Shown here: piece by piece, positions 16,278 to 25,313 of the stretch
Layout of the letters: each line of letters begins with the position of its first letter
How positions within the stretch are numbered: the first letter of the stretch is position 1
Origin: an uncultured archaeon
Lineage (GTDB): Archaea; Asgardarchaeota; Thorarchaeia; Thorarchaeales; Thorarchaeaceae
Assembly: GCA_964354495.1 (NCBI GenBank)
Contig: CAYHAA010000021.1
Location: forward strand, 1 to 32,000
DNA: 32,000 nucleotides
Direction of reading: 5' to 3'
Made by a program: the position numbers and the translations under genes
Notes under the pieces: model-generated
Told to the model about the DNA's origin: nothing
The model's database searches: none
What the model saw: only the letters and a program-made list of their open reading frames with translations

Positions 16278-17060
16278 TCACTCTGATTCTATGATTTGTC
16301 GGTAGACTCTTTCACAATAGGAGAGAACCCTCAAACCGCCTTTTCGAAGGGCTTCAACATCAATCTCTGTATAGGCTGAAATCGCCTTATTGTACTTAAT
16401 GGATTGCTTATCGATTAAACTCAAACCTGAATGAATTTGAGCTCTTCTAAGTACACCAACTCTTTCATATTCTTTCCTGATGTGATTATGTTGATGTTCG
16501 AAAAACCTGTGTGCAAGTTCTACTCTAGAATTCTTTCTGAATAGTCCATTATGTATTAGACAATCGACAGTGAATACTAAAGACATTGCAGTCCATAACT
16601 GATAACAGACTATATCAAGGAGGATTCTCTGTTCGATATAACTCAAAGATTCCTGGACTTGTTCTATTGATTGCCAAACTGAATTTGTGAAGGTATGGTG
16701 GAGCAATGGAACTTCCACTTCTTCTCCAAATAAACGAATTCCATCCCGAAAGAATGTATACCAGTATGGATTCTGGATTCCTTGGATTGCAGCATCAAAT
16801 TCCTTTTGGGTATATACTTTCACATCTAGCAGTAGACGCTTGTTTCTTAGTATCTGAAGAGTACCTCTTACCACTTCCAATATTGTCTTTTTTTGACTTG
16901 TACCTGCTGAAATTAAACAGAAATCAATATCACTATTTGAATCTGCATTCTGTGTAGCCCAAGAACCTCCGAGATATATCGATGAACAATATGGTTTGAC
17001 ACCATTTATGAATTGCATAACATCAACGGGGAGTAAATTAGTGCTGTTCAATTTCCTCAC
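16278..17060 (-). CDS. Pol-beta-superfamily nucleotidyltransferase (MNT-like) with a C-terminal helical, possibly HEPN-like, domain
   Basis: IYLGGSWATQNADSNSDIDF motif plus a third acidic residue (LDVKVY); start reassigned to GTG 17060 because ORF-track aa 1-85 are IS and promoter DNA. Confidence 0.72.
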   Translation of the reverse strand: MRKLNSTNLLPVDVMQFINGVKPYCSSIYLGGSWATQNADSNSDIDFCLISAGTSQKKTILEVVRGTLQILRNKRLLLDVKVYTQKEFDAAIQGIQNPYWYTFFRDGIRLFGEEVEVPLLHHTFTNSVWQSIEQVQESLSYIEQRILLDIVCYQLWTAMSLVFTVDCLIHNGLFRKNSRVELAHRFFEHQHNHIRKEYERVGVLRRAQIHSGLSLIDKQSIKYNKAISAYTEIDVEALRKGGLRVLSYCERVYRQIIESE

Positions 17061-17079
17061 GCTATGATATTCTATATTG

Positions 17080-17087
17080 ATATAAAA
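17080..17087 (-). promoter_or_regulatory. TATA box for the nucleotidyltransferase gene
   Basis: TTTTATAT on the minus strand 20-27 nt upstream of GTG 17060, consistent with a leaderless transcript. Confidence 0.55.
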
Positions 17088-17117
17088 TATTATATACATA
17101 AGTCTTTCTATAGCTGC

Positions 17118-17637
17118 GGCTCTGTGAAAAGTCACCTCCCATCGCATTCTAGGAAGTTCAGTTGCTCGATGTTGTGAGGAGTCCCCTCGATCAGTAGTTC
17201 TCACCGCTGCTTTTTGGGTTTCCTCGACCTCAGGCTCCTGGTGAATCGCACCTTCAGCATCCCAAACATGGTTTCCACCAGACTCCTCCTTCCAAACTCG
17301 TTGACTCTCTTCCACTCCGCGGGGTCAGCTCGAAACTCCGGTATCAACTGTCCGTATGCTCAGTTATCTCTGGCGTTCATTCCCAGATTTCTCTTGGGCT
17401 CGATGGCTGGATATGCTCCCAAGTCGTGGATGAGCTGCACGTTCCTCTAGGAGATGTAGGCCTTGTCACCACAGACAGTTTCAAGCTCTTGATGCGGTAC
17501 TCGTCGTAGGAGGGGGACCAGTTCTCGTGCATCTCCTCTGGATCGAAATCGCATTCGGACTGCATGGATTATCAGGGTATCTGTGCTCACAGCTGCGCGG
17601 AGAGCTGTGAAACGCCATTTCAACTTCTTCTTGAAAC
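17118..17637 (-). mobile_element. IS5-family (IS903-like end) transposase remnant, 5'-truncated pseudogene
   Basis: Minus frame reads AAVSTDTLIIHAV...GDARELVPLL...TVCGDKAYIS*RNVQLI...AIEPK...FGRRSLVETMFGMLKVRF...*; in-frame stops at 17447-9, 17360-2 and 17201-3; terminal GGCTCTGTGAAAAGT at 17118-17132; no matching other end seen. Confidence 0.82.
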
Positions 17638-17750
17638 GCCCAGACAGTCCTCACATATGGATATGGCGCATATGGCGCCTCTCTCACGGGAGCCTCGAGC
17701 CATCTCAGCTTGGATGTATCTGTAGAATCGAGATGGAGAATGCCTCTCTC
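17638..17750 (-). pseudogene. Diverged internal fragment of a MiaB/MtaB-like methylthiotransferase gene
   Basis: 17750-17688 matches 23378-23440 at 54/63 nt (ERGILHLDSTDTSKLRWLEAP vs ERGILHLESTDVSKLRWLESP); after a frameshift it continues GAICAISICEDCLG vs GVICTVPICEGCLG. Confidence 0.85.
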
Positions 17751-18480
17751 CACGCATCTAATGATTGATGTTTCTTGGAAGAAATCCCGAATGCCCGAGG
17801 CAATATCACCTCTTGAGGGGTGACAGAGTAGAATGGGTGAATGCGATATCATGCTACGACGATGGTGAATACTCCAATGATGTCACTGCATCAAGTTGGG
17901 GACTGGATAGCGAGCCAAAGGCCTTTGTCGAGAGTGATGTGTTCGAAGCTGAAATGCTGTGGTTAGATGGTGATCTGGAAAACGCAAATCGATTCATTAG
18001 ATGAGGCGACATTCAAAATGAGCTACTCCAGATGGCCAAATGGTCAGGACTTGCAGATGTCTAAATCGCTTGGGGGGTTCTGTCGCTCTTGGAAACCTTC
18101 TTCAAGCGACACTCCAGAGGACATGCTCAATGCAAAAAGTGACTGGTATGGTTCTGAATCTTCATACGATGAGTTTCTTGGTTCTATTGTCCGGAAATAT
18201 AGGCAAGCAATCTGGGAATCATCATTGTGTCCTGCAAGGGAAGATGCATGCTGATGAGTAACTATTCTTTGATTTACTGGTTTCAGCAAGAAGATTGCTA
18301 AGGCTGAAACATATCAAGAAGATCCTATCAGTAATACTATCTCGTGTTAGAATTCCCATTGATACTACCGCAAGAGCATCGGGCCTACGATTCTCTTCAG
18401 TCATGTCTATTATCTCGGAATACACGTACTCAAGTGATTACGGCTTTGGAAACGAGTGAATATTCCCCTTTTTGAGAATC

Positions 18481-18660
18481 CCCGGGAGAGTAACTGAAGA
18501 TAAGGTGTTCATCTGTGATAATCATAGCCTAGATAGGGAACCAGAAGTAATCGTTGAAGATTAAGGAACTAAGGTTGTCTATCTCGTCATTTTTCCTCAC
18601 TGTAGTCACAAGAATGTGATAAGCGAAACAATTCGTGATAAGTGTGGGGCATCATTGTAA
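18481..18660 (+). pseudogene. Decayed gene ending in a zinc-ribbon relic
   Basis: Ends FPHCSHKNVISETIRDKCGASL*; single-base changes (ttt or cgt to tgt) restore C-x2-C-x10-C-x2-C-G-x2-L; in-frame stop at 18562-18564. Confidence 0.45.
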
Positions 18661-18841
18661 ATGAGAATGGATGGGGGATGAAGACTTTGAAGGCATCAAT
18701 CAGAAGATGTTCGGGAAAAGAAGATGACTGGCGTCAAAGAAGAAATGTACAGTCATGCTGAAATACCATTGCGAGCAATGACCAAAGACCTAGAAAGAGT
18801 ACTTAATCATAAACGGTTTAGTGCCCCAAAATGCATGAACT

Positions 18842-18857
18842 CAACACTACGGGGCTG
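18842..18857 (-). repeat. Degenerate direct repeat of the tRNA-Gln 5' end (att-like)
   Basis: caacactacggggctg vs ctacaccacggggctg (11854-11869), 14/16 identical, same orientation, 3 bp from the trm112 stop codon. Confidence 0.5.
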
Positions 18858-18860
18858 TTG

Positions 18861-19175
18861 TTAGGTAAGGCCAAAGGGTATGCCACTCTTCAAGATGTCG
18901 GTCGGTATATTCTTCTTCCATCTCTCAAGAAAGGCCGTTTCCTCTATCCGCTGCTTGCCATCCATCCGCAGATTGTCAGGAAGCATGCATGCTATCCCCT
19001 CGATGACCGGATACCATCTACCACATTTTGGGCACCTGATCAATGCTTCGTCAATCTCTTCAACATCCTCTCCGTCTGATTCCAGATTATGGGACTTGTA
19101 GACCTCTAAGGTGAGATCACTTCTGCAGTCACTCACCGGGCAGGCAAGGATGTCCATCAGCCAGCGTTTCATCAT
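18861..19175 (-). CDS. trm112: Trm112 family methyltransferase activator
   Basis: MKRWLMDILACP...EIDEALIRCPKCGRWYPVIEGIACML; GGAGTGA RBS before ATG 19175/19172. Confidence 0.9.
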   Translation of the reverse strand: MMKRWLMDILACPVSDCRSDLTLEVYKSHNLESDGEDVEEIDEALIRCPKCGRWYPVIEGIACMLPDNLRMDGKQRIEETAFLERWKKNIPTDILKSGIPFGLT

Positions 19176-19318
19176 GATGTCACTCCTGTGGTATGATTCT
19201 GATTCGTCCGCTATCACAAAAAAACGTTCTGGCTGGAGCGCTTAGGCCTTGTTTCACCCGAAAGCTATTTGGGCAAGAAGACTTGCCAGCAGGCCAAGTG
19301 TTCCCGGAGAAGAGTGCG

Positions 19319-20722
19319 ATGGAGTACAAACATCCTTGGATTCCGATTACCAAGACAACAGAGGAAGAAATGCTCACCTCTATTGGAAAGAAGAGCCTGG
19401 AGGACCTATTCTGCAATATTCCTGCTCAGTTCAGGGTCAAGCGTAATCTAGATCTTCCCGAATCCCATACTGAGTTCGATGTCACAAGAAGAATACAGGA
19501 ACTCGCAGGCAAAAACATGCCCGCCTCTGATGGCAATGTCTTCCTTGGATCTGGAGTCAGTATGCATTATATTCCGACAGTAGTACCTGCGTTGTCAGGC
19601 CGGTCCGAGTTCGTCACATCCTATACAAGTTACCAACCTGAGATAAGTCAGGGCATGCTACAGACTCTATTTGAGTATCAGAGTCTATTGGCCGAGATTC
19701 TACAGATCGATGTTGTGAACTCCTCTATGTACGACATGGCGACTGCAGTAGCAGAGGCAGCGCGGATGACAGCCCGAGTGAACAAGAACCGCACGAAATT
19801 CCTTGTCCCTGGCACAATCAATCCGGAGCACTACAGGGTCATCCATACCTATACTGAGCCTGCTGGCATTGATGTCATCAAAGTGGATTTCGACAAGGGC
19901 ACAGGGCTCATGTCGCTCTCGAACCTAGAATCAAAACTTGATGATGGTGTGGCTGGCGTCTACGTTGAGAATCCCAGTTATTTGGGATTCATCGAGACTC
20001 AAGTGGATGATATCGCGCGACTGGTACACGAAAAGAACTCCCTGTTTGTAGCCGGGGTCGATATTCTCTCCTTAGGGATTCTAAGGCCTCCTGGCGAATA
20101 TGATGCAGACATCGTTGTTGCGGAGGGGCAACATCTTGGCTCACCTGTCAGCTACGGTGGCCCCTTACTTGGCATCTTCGGATGCAAGAATGACCGCAAG
20201 TTAGTCTACCAGATGCCAGGTCGTCTTGTTGGTATGACGCGGACACAAGAGGAGCCCTATGAGGATGGTTATGTTCTGACACTCAGTCCGCGAGAACAGC
20301 ATATTCGCAGAGAGAAAGCGACAAGTAACATCTGCTCCAATCAGGCTCTTGCCGCAGTGACTGCAGCTATCTACATGTCAGTCCTTGGTCCCACTGGACT
20401 AGAGACCCTTGGAGAGACCATTGCACAGAAATCCAACTATGCTGCCAAACGACTGGGCACTCTCACGGGTGTCAAGTCTCCTGCTATTGGTGAGTTCATC
20501 TGGAAGGAGTTTGTCGTGCAGTTTGAAGCTGGTATCACCGCAAGGCAAGTACATGAAAACTTGCTAAAACAGGGAATTCAGGGAGGAAAGATCCTGTCTG
20601 ACGAATTTCCTGAGCTGGGCGAGTCAATGTTGTTCTGTGTGACTGAGATACACAGCCAGAAGGACATAGACACTCTGGTCAAAGCGGTTGAGGGAATTGT
20701 TGCAGAGGGAGGTGTACAGTAA
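19319..20722 (+). CDS. gcvPA: Glycine dehydrogenase (decarboxylating) subunit 1
   Basis: HPWIP, TSYTSYQPEISQGMLQTLFEYQS, NSSMYD, REQHIRREKATSNICSNQAL; start moved to ATG 19319. Confidence 0.95.
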   Translation: MEYKHPWIPITKTTEEEMLTSIGKKSLEDLFCNIPAQFRVKRNLDLPESHTEFDVTRRIQELAGKNMPASDGNVFLGSGVSMHYIPTVVPALSGRSEFVTSYTSYQPEISQGMLQTLFEYQSLLAEILQIDVVNSSMYDMATAVAEAARMTARVNKNRTKFLVPGTINPEHYRVIHTYTEPAGIDVIKVDFDKGTGLMSLSNLESKLDDGVAGVYVENPSYLGFIETQVDDIARLVHEKNSLFVAGVDILSLGILRPPGEYDADIVVAEGQHLGSPVSYGGPLLGIFGCKNDRKLVYQMPGRLVGMTRTQEEPYEDGYVLTLSPREQHIRREKATSNICSNQALAAVTAAIYMSVLGPTGLETLGETIAQKSNYAAKRLGTLTGVKSPAIGEFIWKEFVVQFEAGITARQVHENLLKQGIQGGKILSDEFPELGESMLFCVTEIHSQKDIDTLVKAVEGIVAEGGVQ

Positions 20723-22287
20723 TGAGTAGTCACCGTCCAGTTGATTCTGGTGTACGGCAAGCAAAGTGGATTGAACCGCTTCTCTTTGAGCGTTCTAGTC
20801 CTGGAGTCATTGCCCATCAATTCCCTGTAGCAGAGGATGGCGTACGAAAAGCAGCAAGTCTCACCAAGATTCTTCCAAAGTCAATGCGGAGAACGACTCC
20901 TCCGAAGATACCTGAGGTGTCTGAACCAGATGTTGTTCGACACTTCACAAGGCTATCCCAGATGAATTATGCAGTCAGTCTAGGTACGTATCCCCTAGGA
21001 AGTTGCACCATGAAGTACAATCCCGAGCTGAACAACTGGGCAGCCATGCAACCCGGGTTCTCTTGGCTTCATCCACTTCAGGATGTCTCCACAGCTCAGG
21101 GTGCTCTTGAGATGATGTGGGACCTTGAACACTGGTTGGGCGAGATCACAGGCATGGACGCGGTCACACTGCAGCCTGCAGCAGGCGCTCAAGGCGAGTG
21201 GACTGGTGTGATGATGATGCGTGAGTATCATCGCTGTGTCACACACGAATGCGAACAGAGAAACGAGATGCTCATCCCAGATGCTGCACATGGGACGAAT
21301 CCAGCATCTGCTGCCATGGCTGGCTACAATGTTGTTGTGCTTCCTTCCAGCATGGAGGGGCTTGTCGATCTCGATGCTCTGAAGGCGGCCGCAGGCCCCA
21401 GAACCGCCGGACTGATGCTCACGAATCCCAACACAATTGGCGTGTTCGAGAAGAACATTGGCGAGATTGCAGGAATCGTTCATGATGCTGGTGGCCTCGT
21501 GTATTATGATGGAGCTAACTTCAATGCAATCATGCACAAGGTCCGACCTGGTGACATGGGCTTTGATGTGGTTCATCTCAATCTCCATAAGACGTTCTCG
21601 ACTCCTCATGGCGGCGGTGGCCCCGGAGCAGGTCCAGTGGGTGTCAAGAACAAGCTTGCTGAATTCTTGCCTGTACCCCGTATCATCAAGACCAAAGATG
21701 GATCCTTTGACTTGGACTACGATAGGCCGAGATCCATTGGGAAGGTAAAGTCATTCTATGGCAACTTCGGTGTGCTGGTCAGAGCCTATGCCTATGTTTA
21801 TTCACTCGGGAGGGAGGGTCTCAAGCGAGCCTCGGAAGTGGCGGTTCTCAATGCGAATTATATCGCCCACCATGTCAGAAAGATTCCTGGATTCACACTG
21901 CCCTTCTCTCAGGACGCTCCAAGGATGCATGAGTGCGTTATCTCTGCAGAAGAGCTGAAGGAAAAGACCGGAGTGACTGCGATGATGGTTGCAAAACGAC
22001 TTCTAGATTTCGGAGTTCACTCTCCTACTGTGTACTTTCCTCTGATTGTGCCTGAGGCACTCATGATTGAACCAACAGAGACAGAATCGAAGCAGGAGCT
22101 GGACTATTTCATCGAGGCTCTCCGCCAGATATCCAAGGAGGCACATGAGACCCCCGACAAGGTCAGCAGTGCTCCGCATTCTACGGCAGTTCGCCATCTT
22201 GACGAGTACAGGTCTGCCCATCCCAAGACCCTCACATTGTCCTACAAGATGTATCAGGAGAAACTCGCAGCCGGAGATGAGGAGTAA
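20722..22287 (+). CDS. gcvPB: Glycine dehydrogenase (decarboxylating) subunit 2
   Basis: YPLGSCTMKYNP, QPAAGAQGE, AHGTNPASA and PLP-lysine motif HLNLHKTFSTPHGGGGPG; ATG overlaps the gcvPA stop. Confidence 0.96.
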   Translation: MSSHRPVDSGVRQAKWIEPLLFERSSPGVIAHQFPVAEDGVRKAASLTKILPKSMRRTTPPKIPEVSEPDVVRHFTRLSQMNYAVSLGTYPLGSCTMKYNPELNNWAAMQPGFSWLHPLQDVSTAQGALEMMWDLEHWLGEITGMDAVTLQPAAGAQGEWTGVMMMREYHRCVTHECEQRNEMLIPDAAHGTNPASAAMAGYNVVVLPSSMEGLVDLDALKAAAGPRTAGLMLTNPNTIGVFEKNIGEIAGIVHDAGGLVYYDGANFNAIMHKVRPGDMGFDVVHLNLHKTFSTPHGGGGPGAGPVGVKNKLAEFLPVPRIIKTKDGSFDLDYDRPRSIGKVKSFYGNFGVLVRAYAYVYSLGREGLKRASEVAVLNANYIAHHVRKIPGFTLPFSQDAPRMHECVISAEELKEKTGVTAMMVAKRLLDFGVHSPTVYFPLIVPEALMIEPTETESKQELDYFIEALRQISKEAHETPDKVSSAPHSTAVRHLDEYRSAHPKTLTLSYKMYQEKLAAGDEE

Positions 22288-22322
22288 CTTCTCTTCAGAC
22301 CAAAAGAATTAGAGGTCAGTTC

Positions 22323-22709
22323 ATGCATAACAGAGTGATGATTCTCGAAAGAAAGGCAGGTCGTCACTCTATATTCCTTGAGGCAAAGGATGTTGGTAAC
22401 GACCTCCTGATAACTATCTACGGCGGAGATGAGCACCATCTTGGTGGAGTTTCTGTGGCATACGAGGCCAAGAGCCACTATAGAAACACCTCAACAGTGA
22501 GTATGAGCACCCTGACCTTTCCAGGCCACAAGGACTATCTGGTTTCAAACTCTGCTGCGGAGCAGATCTGCAAGGCTCTCAAGAGATCGACTGTTGTAAC
22601 GACTGGGATCCATTACAATAATGCGACGAAGGGCGAGATTGACGCCATCATCAAGGCTGTCGACTGGCTAACGAAGGAACTAATTTCGCACTATCAAAAG
22701 GCTGAATAG
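22323..22709 (+). CDS. LpdD / proteasome-assembly-chaperone-like (PAC-like) protein
   Basis: GNDLLITIYGG.EHHLGGVSVA...TFPGHKD...VVTTGIHYNNATKGEI matches my recollection of this family. Confidence 0.6.
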   Translation: MHNRVMILERKAGRHSIFLEAKDVGNDLLITIYGGDEHHLGGVSVAYEAKSHYRNTSTVSMSTLTFPGHKDYLVSNSAAEQICKALKRSTVVTTGIHYNNATKGEIDAIIKAVDWLTKELISHYQKAE

Positions 22710-22740
22710 CACACCTTGAAAGGCGTCAGTGTGAAATCAG

Positions 22741-23022
22741 TTGCTCGTCAGATTCAAGTCCTTTGGACCGGTACGTAGGCTTCTTGGACACCAAGTGATA
22801 GAGGTGGATGTTCCGGATGGCTCCACGGTCCTTCAGGTCATTCAAAAAGTGGTCGAACGGGGTGGAGAAGGTCTTCGGGACTTGGTGTTAGAGAACGGGA
22901 ACGTTGGTGGCAATCTAATCGTCATGCTCAACAAGAGGGACGTAGCTACTCTGGGTGGTACAGCAATTTCTGTCACAGAGGGCGACGAGGTGGCTCTGCT
23001 TCCTCACGTTCAAGGGGGTTGA
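22741..23022 (+). CDS. Ubiquitin-like MoaD/ThiS (SAMP/Urm1-like) protein
   Basis: 93-aa beta-grasp pattern (VRFKSFGP..., LIVMLNKRDV, EGDEVALLPHVQGG) ending in GG; TTG start. Confidence 0.88.
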   Translation: MLVRFKSFGPVRRLLGHQVIEVDVPDGSTVLQVIQKVVERGGEGLRDLVLENGNVGGNLIVMLNKRDVATLGGTAISVTEGDEVALLPHVQGG

Positions 23023-23032
23023 GCAACACCTG

Positions 23033-24328
23033 ATGGCAATCTCATTCTATCTAGAAACCTATGGTTGCTCTCTGAATTCAGCTGATTCTGATGTCATGAT
23101 TGGGCGCTTGAGAGAGATCGATGCTCAGAGCGTGGAGGACATCGAACAATCAGATGTGGTCATTCTAAACACGTGTGGTGTGAAAGAACCCACTGAGGAT
23201 CGGATTATACACAGGTTGGAAGAGCTAGGTGAAGGTACAAGACCTGTGATTGTGACGGGATGTCTGCCTAAGATCTCCCTTGCGCGAATTAGAGAGGCGA
23301 TTCCTGACTATGCTGCAATACTGGGCCCCCAAGCCACTGAATCCGTGAATGAGATAGTATTGAGAGTACTGAGCGGAGAGAGAGGCATTCTGCATCTGGA
23401 ATCCACAGATGTGTCTAAGCTGAGATGGCTCGAGTCTCCCGGAAAAGGTGTCATCTGCACTGTCCCCATCTGCGAGGGCTGCCTAGGCAACTGCTCCTAT
23501 TGCGCAGTCAAGTTTGCAAGGGGCCGGGTCAAGAGTCATTCGGAGATGGAGATCTGCCTTGCCATCCAGAAATGCACACGAGCTGGATACCGCGAAATTC
23601 GCCTCACATCTCAAGATCTTGGAGCTTACGGCACTGACATAGGTAGTGACCTTGTTACATTGATGCGAAGAGTTGACGAGATACCGGGGCAACATATGTT
23701 CAGGCTTGGAATGTTCAACCCGAATCTTGTTGCTGATTCTATTAGCGATCTTCTTCGCGTCATGAGGTCCGACCACTTCTTCAAGTTCTTTCATGTTCCT
23801 CTGCAGTCCGGTAGCGACACGATTCTCCATGCTATGGGTCGGCTATATACCCTAAACGATTGGGAATGCATCATTAGGACAATCCGAGAGCACTTCAGTG
23901 ATGCCACGATTGCAGCAGACATCATCGTCGGTTTTCCTGGTGAGTCTAAGGAAGACTTTGAGCTTACAATGGAAGCGATTCAAAGAGTACGACCGCCAAT
24001 TGTCAATATATCCAAGTATGGTGACCGCCTTGGCACAGCAGCATCCAAGTCCAGCAACAAGATAGAGACATCTGTGAAGAAACAACGAAGCCGTCGGCTC
24101 ACGACGCTTGTGAACAAGATACAACTTGAGGACAATGAGTCCTGGGTGGGATGGTCTGGTCCAGTCATTGTCAGTGAGAGGGGATCACGAGGCGGCCTTC
24201 TCTGCCGGACCCCCTCATACAGACCTATTATCATTCATGATGACTTACAGCTTGGGTCAATCATTGACGTACGAGTGACGAGAGCTGAACGGACTCATCT
24301 CATTGGCGAAACTATCTATTCCGCTTGA
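23033..24328 (+). CDS. mtaB: tRNA methylthiotransferase, MiaB-like (archaeal MtaB/CDKAL1 type)
   Basis: UPF0004 motifs ETYGCSLN, LNTCGVK, VTGCL; radical SAM CLGNCSYC; HVPLQSGS; DIIVGFPGE; C-terminal TRAM domain. Start moved to ATG 23033. Confidence 0.88.
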   Translation: MAISFYLETYGCSLNSADSDVMIGRLREIDAQSVEDIEQSDVVILNTCGVKEPTEDRIIHRLEELGEGTRPVIVTGCLPKISLARIREAIPDYAAILGPQATESVNEIVLRVLSGERGILHLESTDVSKLRWLESPGKGVICTVPICEGCLGNCSYCAVKFARGRVKSHSEMEICLAIQKCTRAGYREIRLTSQDLGAYGTDIGSDLVTLMRRVDEIPGQHMFRLGMFNPNLVADSISDLLRVMRSDHFFKFFHVPLQSGSDTILHAMGRLYTLNDWECIIRTIREHFSDATIAADIIVGFPGESKEDFELTMEAIQRVRPPIVNISKYGDRLGTAASKSSNKIETSVKKQRSRRLTTLVNKIQLEDNESWVGWSGPVIVSERGSRGGLLCRTPSYRPIIIHDDLQLGSIIDVRVTRAERTHLIGETIYSA

Positions 24329-25313
24329 CCTCTATCTTGACGACCTTGCCCGTCTTGGTGCTCTCTCGCGCAGCCTCAACGATCTCGAGTGCAGTGAGCG
24401 CATCATCGATGCTCACTCTTGGCGTTTTCTTTGTCTTCACACAGACGGCAAAGTCATTGAGCACCTCTCTTACGGGCTCCCCATAGACTTTGATTGTTGC
24501 GCCTCGCTCAGGAAGCTTGATGGTATCGCCTGCAGCCATGGGCTCTTGGTCAAGGTGCTGTACCTTTATGATTTGACTGAACAGATCGAGCACCAATGAC
24601 CCCTTGGTCCCTGAGACATCCATGTACCTTCTTCTACCTGTATACTGCCGTGATAAAAGGAAGACATGTTGGGCGCCAGATTCGAAGTCGACCATAACTG
24701 TGCCACTATTGTAGACTCCCCTCTCTATCTTGCTCTGGGCATACAGGTTCGCGTGGCCCTGACTGATACGCGCCATGATGTCAAAGTCATGTACGCCGAT
24801 ATCCTCGTATACATCACCAAGGGATGATATCCTAGAAGGCTCAACAAAACCGCGACGATCGTGTATCACAGTTAACGGAGTACCGATAGCATCTGTCTGA
24901 ATGAGGGACAAAGCTTTGCTTACGATGGGGTTGTATATTTCCGAATGTGATACTAGAGTGACAATTCCCCTCTTCTTGAGTATCTCAGCCACCCTCTTCC
25001 CATCCTCGAGGGAGCTTGCGAAGGGCTTCTCAATAAGCAACCCTCGAATTCCCTTATACTCCGAAGCTATCTGCTCCGTAATCGATGCGTGTGTTGAAGT
25101 GGGTGTAGAGATAACCAGAGCCGTCGGATTTGCATTTTCAATGAGGCTCTGAAAGCTGTCAAAGGCTGGGACATTGTACATCGTCGCAACCCTCTTGGCT
25201 GTTTCCTTGTCTGTATCAGCAATACCAACCAGGACACCCATATCACTGAGAATACGCGCATGGATGCTGCCCATATTCCCTGTGCCCACGATGCCAATCT
25301 TCAAGGACTTCAT
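24312..25313 (-). CDS. Gfo/Idh/MocA family NAD(P)-dependent oxidoreductase
   Basis: IGIVGTGNMG Rossmann motif, STPTSTH, IEKPF, DIGVHDFD. Confidence 0.92.
   Translation of the reverse strand: MKSLKIGIVGTGNMGSIHARILSDMGVLVGIADTDKETAKRVATMYNVPAFDSFQSLIENANPTALVISTPTSTHASITEQIASEYKGIRGLLIEKPFASSLEDGKRVAEILKKRGIVTLVSHSEIYNPIVSKALSLIQTDAIGTPLTVIHDRRGFVEPSRISSLGDVYEDIGVHDFDIMARISQGHANLYAQSKIERGVYNSGTVMVDFESGAQHVFLLSRQYTGRRRYMDVSGTKGSLVLDLFSQIIKVQHLDQEPMAAGDTIKLPERGATIKVYGEPVREVLNDFAVCVKTKKTPRVSIDDALTALEIVEAARESTKTGKVVKIEVKRNR

Larger units (their letters stand above)
11869..18857. mobile_element. Putative decayed integrated element / accessory island at the 5' side of tRNA-Gln
   Basis: Visibly AT-richer than the flanks, low coding density, several pseudogenes and an IS remnant; ends in a 14/16 copy of the tRNA-Gln 5' end. 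No intact integrase seen. Confidence 0.5.

Noticed and set aside
17061-17315. N-terminal 85 aa of the ORF-track 345-aa protein
   Set aside because: It is an alternative frame of the IS transposase plus AT-rich promoter DNA.
17765-18254. Two overlapping plus-strand ORFs (79 and 95 aa) that could be a frameshifted gene
   Set aside because: No recognisable motif or RBS; cannot be told apart from decayed non-coding DNA by eye.
19319-22287. gcvPA/gcvPB without gcvH, gcvT or lpdA nearby
   Set aside because: Split glycine-cleavage loci are ordinary in archaea; absence from a 32-kb window is uninformative.
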